Assembly (NCBI GenBank): GCA_030248215.1 | Contig: JASANG010003930.1 | Coordinates: forward strand, 62,001-126,000 | Direction: 5' to 3' | DNA from: Enoplolaimus lenunculus | Lineage: Eukaryota | DNA length: 64,000 bases | In this document: piece by piece, positions 14,446-26,700 of the stretch | How the letters are laid out: each line of letters starts with the position of its first letter | How positions within the stretch are numbered: the stretch's first letter is position 1 | Notes under the pieces: model-generated | Databases searched by the model: none | What the model was told of the DNA's origin: nothing | The model's input: the letters and a program-made list of their open reading frames with translations, nothing else | Translations under genes and position numbers: made by a program

Positions 14446-14777
14446 TTAATAGGGCCGATAATAGCTTCCGCTCACAATGGACCCGTTTGCGGTATCTCGA
14501 TGCGGTTGTAAATGAGCCGAACCACTGTACAGACCATACGGATCGCTTGGTGGATAGCTGATATAAGGCGTCGTATATGCGTCCATTCTTGCGTTATCAG
14601 TTGTGCTCACCACATCTTGCCAGTCGCGCAACGACGTGCGATCCCCGGGTAATGTTTTATTGGAATCATCTTTGAGTAGTTTGGAAGAACTTGCAGTTTT
14701 TGGCGAACCTGAATTTGCGCTTAGTTGGCCTGGAGTATTCGATATTGTGCAACCGTTGCTAGCGGTAATCGCTTGGC
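14446..14777 (-). CDS. Exon 35 (terminal coding exon)
   Basis: Strong TCTTTTCCAG phase-1 acceptor; GQAITASNG...SLRDWQDVV...GSYYRPY then TAA. Confidence 0.72.
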
Positions 14778-17700
14778 CTGGAAAAGATAAAAGATTCGTC
14801 GCGTGCATATTTTCAAAATTATTACTATTTTTGGGTAAAGAACACTGTGATGTTGATCCATCGAGCACGATTTGCCAATTTCATTTTAAGAAATTATATT
14901 TTAGTCGTTTTTGCGTTCCAGTCCTCACGAATTCAAAATCTTCGGTACGAAACCTTTGCGTACTGGTTCATATATGCCACCCGTGCACTTTGTTTAAACA
15001 ACGCTTCTTACGTTTGACCCAAAAATTATGTTTTAATCTCATAACCTGCAGTTGTTGTGGATCCACAGGATGTGGAAGCCTCCAATAAGAAAATTTGTTG
15101 GTTAAGTTGGTAAGGTTCCTGCTGCATAAAATTTTACTTTATTGTTACAACTTTTTACTTTAATGTTACAACTTTTTACTTTAATGTTACAACTTTTTAC
15201 TTTAATGTTACAACTTTTTACTTTAATGTTACAACTTTTTACTTTAATGTTACAACTTTTTACTTTAATGTTACAACTTTTTACTTTAATGTTGCAACTT
15301 TTTACTTTAATCTTACAACTTTTTACTTTAATGTTACAACTTTTTACTTTAATGTTACAACTTTTTACTTTAATCTTACAACTTTTTACTTTAATGTTAC
15401 AACTTTTTACTTTAATGTTACAACTTTTTACTTTAATGTTACAACTTTTTACTTTAATTTTGCAACTTTTTACTTTAATGTTACAACTTTTTACTTTAAT
15501 GTTACAACTTTTTACTTTAATGTTACAACTTTTTACTTTAATGTTGCAACTTTTTACTTTAATGTTACAACTTTTTACTTCAATGTTACAACTTTTTTAC
15601 TTTAATGTTACAACTTTTTACTTTAATGTTACAACTTTTTACTTTAATGTTACAACTTTATACTTTAATGTTACAACTTTTTACTTTAATGTTACAACTT
15701 TTTTACTTTAATGTTACAACTTTTTACTTTAATGTTACAACTTTTTGTGCCGCTAAAATTCCGTTTGGCTTCTTATTCGCTTCGCTCGAGAGCATTTACT
15801 AATAAGCAGTTATTTAAATGGCCATTTGTTTGTATCAAATTAGTGTAGGTGCAATGTAAACAAGTACAACATTATAGACGTATGGTACATGAAACTGCAA
15901 TACATCCGCAAAACCAAAAATAGCCCTAGTCACAAAACGCAGTTGGAAATAAAAATAATCAAGGTTATAGATAGCGATCTTCTCTACAATTCGCCTTTAT
16001 ATTCTATAACACGATGTGCTGCCAAGATCACCCGAGTGATGGACAGGGTCAACTCTTCTTCTTTGCAATTTTTAGTAAACAGTTAGAAACCTCAGTCAGT
16101 ATCGCAAGAAAATATTCCCACTGAAAGTTTTATAAAACGCACCCCGCTACTTTGTAAAATTCTGAATATCTACACCCGTGTGCGCTACCTGCAAAAGAAT
16201 TCGAATACGGCTGATAAGACACGGTGCCCGGATAGCATCCATAAGTACTTGCGCTTGCGCTAGCAGTTTTATCATACGTCACCGCAGGATACGGATAAAT
16301 CATCGATGCACTTGTCACTCCAGCAGGAACATGTTTGTACGAACCAGTATGATACATAGAATAACCATCCTGACGTTTAAAATCAAAACATTTGAAAATA
16401 CAAACAATTAATAAATACAAGCAATGAATTAAAAAGATAAAATTAAGCCCTTTGATGAAGCTAAGTTTTACGCGAAAAAGTCGTAAAATTTAGCATTGTT
16501 ACGCGTTAAGCGAGTACTAGCGGTCAATATTTAACAAAACGTAAAGTTCAGCCCAAACATACAACTCGATAGAGGTATTGTCCCATGTTACTTATACAAA
16601 CATCTTGTTTTCCAGAGGGACTGCAACAGAGCATGTTTAGGCTTTAGACTTCATTTTTTGCTTATGCTTCAGTTTAAGGCTTAATACGTTACACTGATTA
16701 TAAGTTTGGACTTAAGCTTAGGCGTAAGCTCAGGAATATGCTAATGCTACTGTTGCAACCCTAAAAGTATATAACATGGTTCGAGTTATTCCAGATGTCT
16801 TTTAAATAAGTAGCATCACAGACACATCCAGGTGTAATCGCAGTTGCGTTTACATTTTTTGATAGGCTAGGTATCGCTTTTCACATAACATTGCGAAAAC
16901 CCTTCAACTAGAACCAAGTAAGGCTTAAGGACTATACACTGGAGGATTCAGAAGGTAGCGGGGGTTAAAGTCCCTACGTTATAATTTTCCCCTCAAAATT
17001 TTTTGGTGAAAAATTGCGTTTCATAACACCTATCATCGCGCACCCACTCCGTCAGGCATTTCTGGATCCGCAGCTGGGATCATAATAAACGAGCTTGAAG
17101 CTAAGTTGTAAACTTATGCATATGCAATTTAGTAATGTTTTAAGGTTTGCTACATGACATGCCTACCTGCAATAGATACGAATACGGTGAAAATGGTACA
17201 GACGAAGCGCTTTTGCTTGGGTCGTACTGAAATCATTTAACACAGACATAATAATGTTTATAATATACAGATTCGATGATGATACTTTGACAAGAGTATG
17301 CAACTGGGTATATACTTTTTTCCTGTGTATGAAAGAAAGTGCATGCCGCGGACAACATTTTGTTCTACGCAAAAAATGGTTAAGTTGCATAGACAAACAT
17401 AAATCGAATATAATACTAGTATAATTTTGGCCAAATTTGAAATTTTTCAATTATAGCTTAACTTTTGCCGACTCCAACTAAATTTTAAATGTTAAGGAAT
17501 ATATACAAATCAGTGGCATTTAAAGCCTGATAATGACTCTTAACCCCAAGTTGTACTGCAATTTAATTTTTGCGGTACTATAATAAAATGTAACGAGTTA
17601 TTTAGGAATCAGATAAGGTGACAAATTTTAACATTTTAAAGCCTTAATGCTGAGAAGTAAAAGACCTTAGAAATATGGACAGATCACTAAGCTAAAAATT

Positions 17701-20700
17701 ACTCGCTGTGGTCTTTTCCGCTAGAAACAGCTCCGTATATGTTACTGAATTTGAGTTTTTTAAATATCAAAAGGTTGTCAATTTGATTAAAACAAATAAT
17801 TGCGAATCTATATATAAATCTTTAGTTATAGGGAAAAATTGCACATAGTTTTTGTTGTAAACGTACGAAATATTCCTTCGACTTTGCTCTGCGCGTTCGA
17901 GTTATTAAACAGACGGCAAATATGACAGCCAAAAGTATGAGAAAACACGCGACCCCGATAATTATGTAGTTGCGTAGTTCCGTTGCTGTGTCTTCCCTGA
18001 CTAAAATTGTACTGACGTCTATTTTAGTTCTTCTTTAAACCTAATAATCGGTACTTGTTTATCTCATCCACACTAGTGTTAATTTAGTAGAAGGCGAAAG
18101 TTTATCCCTCACAATGTTTATATTGTTATATTATCACTTGCATAGGCTAAGGCTTCCTCTTAGAGTTAGGTTTAGGCTTAAGCTTAGGCTTAAACTAAGG
18201 CCCTTAGGCTAATGTTTGTTGTGCGATTGGCTATTTTGTGGAGAGAAATAAACATATAATATAAAACTTGAAATCGCTTAAATTTGAACCTAACGTTTCT
18301 AAATCACTTTGGTGCAAGCTATCGAACGATTTAATAACTTTCTGTTGTGTCAACGCGGTTTTCGAAATGCTACGCTATTTGATGCACATCATCGGTTTTA
18401 TTCTAAGGGCTGACTATTTTATAATACTAGTGAATATACCTTTAAGTTCCTGTTACTGATTGTTATTCTATGTTGATTACAACATTAATCTTATTAATTT
18501 CATTTGCACAATTTTTTCCTGAAACTTAAAGTTGCTTGATGTAAACTTTACTAGATTAGTTGTGTTAAACAAATTTTTAAAAATAACCAAACCAAGTGTT
18601 CAGTTTTGGTTAACCTTACTTGAAGTATGCAATGAGTTTATCGGTATAGTTGGTTTTTAGCTTAAGCTATAATATTTCACAACACAAAGTACACAGTTTT
18701 ACGGTATACTAAAATTCCTTATTTTGATTAACGAGGAACAAAATGGTTCGTAATTGTAACGTTTTAGAACGAAATGAGCCTGATTTCAAGCTTACCTTCT
18801 TGAACAAAAATTGATTGCGGATCAACGGTCATTGCGCCTATTCTGTTACCGGAACTTGCCAAGTATTCGAGTACTGATTGTTCTAACGCAAGCGGACGAA
18901 CTGGTTCACCACGAACTATCATTTCAATGATTGAAATCACACTGCCTTGTCTGAAAGTGCGACAAAATCTCACTAATTCAAACAGGACAAATTGGTATAG
19001 GTGATCAGATGAGTAGCTGACATTAACGCTAAGTTTTTAGGCCACTCATGCACCTTAAGATTAGGGGTCGTACGTCATATGTGTTTAGCATCTTCACCAG
19101 TTGGTGATACTGATAGGTCTGGTAAACTACGAACCAATAATCAATAAAGAATGTTATAATATGGCACATTTATAGGATTTGATTGATTTGCGAATTAAAG
19201 TTTCGCACGTAATAGCTGCGATAATTCGCTTGTATTTCTGGCTGGTGATGGGTTGTAAACAGATTTTACATTACAGGCCCAGTTCAACAGTTACAAATGA
19301 AAAAATTCCCGAGCGAAGCAAGCGAGAAGCCAAACCCAATTTTGGTACTCAGTCTTTATGCTAAATTTTGGATTTAGTCTGTGTAGGGGGGTGTGCCATT
19401 CTATACATCAATGCAGAGAAATGCGAAAACTTATGCACATCCCGTTGACGAGTGAACACTCTTTGCCATAAAGAATGATACAAAATATTAATACAATCCG
19501 GATATACGGTATAAACCAAATTGAGATCCACCTGGTAGGGGACAAAATAATTTAAGGAGGGGCGTGCTGTTGAAGTAATAACTTAAAAGCGGGGTTACAA
19601 AATTTTTGGTCCAAAATTTTTCTAGAGAGTGAGATACCTGCCCATCTGGCTATGGGTTATTGGTCGGCGAGTCGGCACTAATTTCACGAATTGGTTGAAG
19701 CAAGAAATCGTTGGCGGCTAATCAGTTGGCACGAATGTAATCTGAAAAATTTAAAACTTACCTGAAGTTAATTACTTGAATCTTTTCAAGTCGTTGAAAC
19801 CTTTGATCGAAAACTTCGGTTACCTGAAATATTTACCAAAAATAACTCTGTACGCTATAAAATCCTGAGGCTTAACTTAATTACGTCATCTTTCCAAACC
19901 AAAAATGTCGCTGCCTCATAATTAGAATGTTTGCATATTTTAGTCTTGTCATGGCTGCTGGATGGATTTTAAAGCTGAGAAAGTGAAAAAAGAATTTGAT
20001 GGTTTAACAATGGTTCATAAGAGCATAAATTGGATTTTCATTAGAACAAAAATGCTGGCATGAGTACACTGTCTTAATTACGCTATTAAACTGTCTATAA
20101 CTTTTCCTGTCCGATTTTTTAATATAGACTAATAACTGTAATCATTAGAAGCGACGTGCGAGCACTGTAAACACGACTAAACTAATCGTTTGAAACAAAA
20201 TTGGACAATCGTTCAAGATAATTCAGTTCACAGGCGTAGCCAGGATTTCATTTCGGGAAGAGATAATCTTACGTTAATGTTTCTTTTCGCTTCTAGAATC
20301 TATAAAAGGTTATTGTAATCCCTGTAAATAGTATTTATTTCAGAGCCCGTATTCTTAAAGGTGTGTAGCACGTATTACCAATTGGTGGTAGCTGTTGTAA
20401 CTTTCGAACCAGGGAATGGTGAGATTTAAAATTCAGCCCGTTTATTGTATTCGATTTAAACTACTTCTATGCAAATTTTGAAAGCTGCAATTGCAGCAGT
20501 TCGTCAGTTTGAAAACCTATTACTACCTAGTGATAGGTGACATATGCATTTGAGAATATTGGCTCTAGGCTTTGCAGGGATTTTAGAATGCATATATCAA
20601 CCTAATCCCTTTCATTGTGTACACACCTGCTTCGGTGAGGCAGGGTGCTCACTTAACAGAAATGAATTCAATTAAAAAGAGGGTGTCATCTTCAAGCCCC

Positions 20701-23700
20701 CAATTCGGTACTAATTATTTTGCATCAATTGTCACTCACCGCAAGGCCGACCCTTTGAGCCATAACTTGAAACGCTTGCGTTTTTCGGTCTCTGTAATCT
20801 TCGTTCCATTGTTCGTCGGGTAGTCGAATCCTCATGCGAAACCGTTGAGTTGCAATTTGTGGTGCGACTGTAAACAAATATAACAAAAAACAAAAGTACA
20901 ATAACACGACACATTGCTGTTATGATAAATTCATAATAGCGTTTGCAAGCTGACCACCAAATACAATTAATGCAATTAGCAATTTCCGAAAGTGTCACTG
21001 GTTGAACTATGCCCTACCATCGAAAACAGAAATAGTTCAGTGACACATGTTGGGGTATTGCATATGTTGTTTGTTTCAATTCACCAATTTTTTTCACTAA
21101 AGATTGAAATTTCGCTGTCTGAATTTAAGCTTTGACATTAAACTAAACTGAGGAGATTATAAACTGAAAAACTATATTTTTACCGTATTGACAACTAACT
21201 TTTATGGTCAAAAGCCGTACAGATACTCAGCTGTTATTATCAGTTATTAATAAGTTTTCAAACAAGCCAATTATGACAGCGGCAAAAGTCAAAATCATCG
21301 TAACAATAGCACAAATATCAAAACTCGCAAAATGTGCTTATTTTGAACTTTCCTACTTCCCGGCTTATAAGCTATAACATTTTTTCACAAACTAACGATA
21401 AAAACTATGCAACTGCCAGATTATCATGCGTACACGAGGTAACTTTTGAGAGGGCAGTGTCATGGAGAGTGAAGCCAATAAATCTTCAGTATCCAAGATA
21501 CTGAAGCCAAGAAATCTTCAGTGTCCACGACACTACCCCGTCAATAGTTAACTGTAGTATGTATAATATTGGTGAAGTTGCAATACACGCATGTCAGATT
21601 ACAGACAATGGTGTATAGAGTTATTCGTAGATTAACTTACACGTGCCAGGTTTTGCCACCTTGACATCTGGAGTTTTTGTTTCATAGTTTGCTGTCGAAA
21701 TTCCAATAGTGCGTGATGTAGTTTGTTTAGGTTCAGGTTTAGACTTATCGTACGAAGTGAATGTTGTTGTTCCGCTGGAAGTCGAAGACGAAATACTGGT
21801 GCTAGATGGAGTTTGCTCAGGATGCGGTTCCGGTTCCGCCTGGCTGCTGATTGGAAGATTCGATCGTAAAAATGTGTATCCTCCGTACTCTAACGGTTCT
21901 TTTGGTTCCGGTTTCAGAACAGGTTTAGCCTTCATTTCAACCGGCTGATAACCATGCAACTGTTCTTCTAACGTAGGAACGTATCGTTCATAGGCAACTG
22001 TAGACTCAGATTCAGGTACAGGCTCCGGAACTGCAGCAGTATTGACTGTTTCGGGTTCTACCTGGGGTACGACCGGTTCTCGTGATGGCTCACACTGAAG
22101 CAGACAAACCTTTGCCTCTGAGATTACCAAAGGTTTAGTCGAATCATGTCGTTGAATACCACCATCAATACCTGTAGTGCCACCCAGAACTGGATACACC
22201 ATGTAAACGCATTTGTTCAAGCTAAAATATTGTAAATTAAAGTTCGAGATCGTAGTGAGCGTGTAGCCACAAACGCAATTTTAGTACTCAATCTTAATGC
22301 AAAAATAGGTCATTTTAAGCCCTGATGTTGCGTCCGCAGCCTAGGTGGGGCGCGTTGAGATCCATCAGTGTTTATTTATAAACTGCAAATCAAATAAACC
22401 CGTCGTAGTGGGACTACATCTATTGAGCGAAGCTCGAACGCACGTAAGCAATTAAGGTAATATACAAATTAGTTATTAGCTAACTATTCATTTATCGGTT
22501 TTGAAGATTTTTAAGCAATTTCCTCAGATTCCTCGCACCCAAAAACCCTTCAGCCACCCTAATAATTATTGGAATAATTTTAAAAGTCCTAATTTTGTAT
22601 CGTCAATTAAGCAAATATACAAATTAGCTATTAGCAAACTATTCCATAATCGCTTTTAAAGGTTTGTAGACAATTTATTTAGATTCCTCGCTGCCGAAAA
22701 CCCATTATGGCTGAAATTATATTGCTTGTAACCCTAATAATTAGTGAAACATTGTAAAAACGCCTAATTTAGGCTTATCAATTATGCTTATATGCAAATT
22801 ATCTATTAGCTAACTACACAATTATCGGTTTTGAAGGTTTGCAAGCAATTTCCTCAGATTCCTCGCACCCAAAAACCCTTTAGCCACCCTAATAATTTTC
22901 GGAATAATTTAAAAAGTCCTAGATTTGTCTTGTCAATTAAGCTAATATGCAAATTAGCTATTAGCTAACTATTCAATTATCGGTTTTGGATGTTTGTAGA
23001 CAATTTATTCAAATTCTTCGCACCTAAAAACCCTTTGGTGCTGAAATTATATTGCTTTTAACCTTAATAATTAGTGAAATATTGTAAAAAGTCCTAATTT
23101 AGGCTTATAAACTATGCTAATATGCAAATTATGTATTAGCTAACTGGTAAGTATCGGTTTTGGCGGTTTGTAAACAGTCTACGCAAATTTCTCGCACCCA
23201 AAAACCCTTTAATGCTAAAATTAGATTGCTTCTAACTGTAATAATTAGTGAAATATTGTGGAAAGTAATAATTTAGGCTTAATTAATTATGCAAATTAGC
23301 CTGTAGCTAATAAACGGCTTAAAATTTTAAAACCCCAATGTGAGGTTAACACTCCAGGATAATTAGCTTTCAAACAAAAAAAAGTTTATCAAAATCGGTT
23401 CAGCCGTTCCTGAGATTCTTTTCGGACGGACGGACATCCACCTTTCGACCCCCAAGTACAAAACGTAAAACGCTTCGCGCGCTCAAAAACTGAAAATTGG
23501 TTATTGCTTTCTTCGTCAATTTTTCATTAATGTAAACATTATGGTAGTTGAATACTGTTTGAAATACAAAAAGGCAAAACCTTTTTTACTAAAGTTCATA
23601 AACCACAACCCATTTCTGAATGAATATTTTCTTCGATTGGTGCCCTGGTTTCCGAGTGAAAACCGTTTACCATCATTACTCTACGTATAGAAGATTGACC

Positions 23701-26700
23701 GCTTGGACTCGAGGGAACTCTCACGTCTTGACGAGATTTTCCATTACACAAACGCGTATTAATTGTTAAACGCAGTACAATGTGTATTTATTGCGTGTGC
23801 GCAGATTGCCCATAGTTGCTCAAAGTGTACTATTTGCGAGAAAAGGTAAGAAGTTAAATCTAACCTGCATTAAAAATATTGAGCAATTTTACCCTGAACT
23901 TTCGACACACCTTGTACAAATTTGAAGCCAATCATCTTTTGTAGACTCGTAGCTCTACAAAAACCGCTTAAAGTATATGCTTTCTCTTAGCTCTACGGAA
24001 ATCCCTTGAAGTATATCCTTTGACCTGGTTACTTACTCTATATCTTCAGAATCATCATTTGTTTGCAGCGGTCGGGTAAAAACAAAATGCAGTACACCAT
24101 CGTCACTATAGTGCCCCGTAATTCCATAAATGTTTTGTTGGTAATCAACTGCAGGTGCATCTTCGCCAATAGAATGTCTGAAATGTTCGCCAGCAATTAT
24201 TTAACGCGTCAGCCGTAGCTCCAAATTACTTTGCGTAAACTGTATTTTGCAAGCAATTTTGCAAAACGCATGCAGTCCCGCAGCAAACTCAACCTGCTAG
24301 AAGGGACCAAAATAATTTTAGGCGGATCATGCGGTTAAAACAATAAGGTAACAAGTGTGACTAAACCTTTTCCAGAGGGAAGATTTTACTAGGGGCTCTA
24401 CACATGGCCCGTCTATGGCTGAAGATTTTTTAATATTTGCCGGCGCCGTGCGTCGCTGTACGTGACCGTTCGTTAGCATGAATATCGCACTAGAATTACT
24501 TGCGTCTGTTATTGTACGGTGACGCACAGGGACGGACGTGGACGAACGACGCCGTACAAAATATCTAACAATCGCTTAGAGTATAAATTCGAAATAAGTT
24601 TACTAAAATGTCGCTTTCGCTAGCGTGGTGTGATTTCATACAAATATGTTTAACAGTGACTACGTCATCTTGCCAAATTTTGATAGTTGATAACTAATAA
24701 GAATTTGATTACATTATTTATTTACCTGTCGAATGCTTCGATTTCACCGGTTTCTGACATTCTAGCAATTACCCAATCAATTTGACTCTAAAACAAATTC
24801 ATTAAGATGAATCACAACAGAATGTACGTATTAAGCTTTGTAAGCAATTCGTTTCATATTCGGTCATTGATTTAAATTGATCGCCAATGTCGATGCAGGT
24901 ACGTCTCAAATTCAATTTTTTTCAATATTTCGATAGACCCGTTTATTACTAATAGCCGGAATGCCGGTCAGATTAAAGCTATTTTGAATTAAAAAGTTAC
25001 TGAAAAACTCTGAATAAGAATGATTTGCCCGACAAAACAAATATGGAATATTTAAATAGGTAGGAAACCGCAGATACCGTCACAGCTTGATAAGTTTATG
25101 GAAATAATTTTGCAGAAACGATGGTAACTTGGCGGCTAATCATCTCCGTCTCTCTCCCCGGACCCTTTGAAATGGCTGATTCTCTAGTTGACCTATGATC
25201 ACAATTAATATACGGACGACGCGCCCAGGTTAATTACAAGGACTGCCACTTGAAAGACAGTAGGACTGGGGAACTTTGATATTTAAAAGCATAGGCTAAA
25301 ACATAGACTAAGGCTTAGGATTAATGTGACGTTTAGGCTTGGTTAAGACTTAGGTTAAGGCTTAAAATTAGTAAGCAGTTCCTTATAGTTAACATGAGTC
25401 ATTATAATTATCATTATACAAACTGCACAAACATACCGTAGGGATTTGCTCGTTTACAAACCCAACGCCCGTCCAACTGTCCGCAGGCACACGAGCGTCC
25501 ACGGTAAATGTGACATCGGAATCGCGTCGAAACCACGAGACACGGTACTGCTGGTCTTCACCAAATTCGTAAACACCAGTACATTCAGTAGGAAGATCTC
25601 TGGTGGGTGGATCTGAAAACCAGCGCATATTGTCAAATTGTACACTTGTATGCCGTTTAAGATAACTCGGTATGTTTTACAATTGGTAAACCTAAGATTT
25701 AAACGACACCAAATTCAATATCGTGGGATCATTTGAGGATCCTGAGATTTCTGATGGAGGGTGCGCTTATAGAATTTCTGGAACTGAAGACGCCGCTAAG
25801 CTTTTGAGATATACAGAGAAATTTGTGGAAATGGGATGCCGAAGGTGCCAATCAGCGTTTGAAAAATAAAAAAAAATTTCGCAAAACAATGAAAATCGCT
25901 TCAAAACGTGATACAATTGAATTCTTGTTTGGAAAGAATTAGCTGGTGTAGGGCGTCTACTGACTCTTACGCGGACGGTGACTTTATGAATTATGTGCGA
26001 GGAATATGAATTGAAATGAAAGCTAATAAGATTAATTTTAATTTTTTCACTAAAACCTTTACGGGTGGAAAATTTTGCGAAATCCATGCAAGCAAAGTCA
26101 GAGAGAAGCTGAACAGTAATTAAATAACTTATAGCTGATTACTGTATTGACCCGAAAAAAAGGGGGATGCGTAATAAGAGGGGGTTGGGTAATAAGAGGG
26201 GGTCCCCATTTTGAGTCCGAATCAATTGGGGTCCGTATCCCTAATAAGAGTCCGTACGCGGATAGTCCCTAAACCCTAATTAGAGTTCAGAAATGTCAAA
26301 TGATCCTAATTGTAGCGCATAAAATTTTAAATCATTTAATCTGGTGGGCACTTTCTCTACGCGTACACAGGCGCAGAATAAGTAGGGCAATAAATGTATC
26401 AATATGGAATAATTAAAACTCAGATCGTTCTTAGAAGTAAAAAATTCGTTCGCGGTTTAGCCAGTCTAATCACAAACTGGTAGTCATTTTTGAGGGGTGC
26501 TCCATGTCATCCCAACTAAACTCAGGGGGACATGGAGCACCCCTCAAAAATGACTACAATACAGTGATCTTTAGCTACCTTTATAGTTATTAACAAATTC
26601 TAAGCACGCAAGTGAACCAACTACTCACCGTAAAAGTTCACATTGAACATGCCACGGTTTAATTTTCCATGATATTTGAGGACATCTAATTCGTAGAAAT

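Noticed and set aside
14778..15088. 5' extension of the last exon and the 161-aa plus-strand ORF
   Set aside because: There is an in-frame stop at 14881-14883 and a better phase-1 acceptor at 14778. The plus-strand ORF is an antisense shadow.
15142..15802. ORFs MLQLFTL(n) of 189 aa and 65 aa
   Set aside because: They are translations of the 21-bp minisatellite, intronic and antisense to the real gene.
17703..17744. Possible extra exon between exons 32 and 33
   Set aside because: In the required phase 0 it begins with TAA; it is open only in an incompatible phase.
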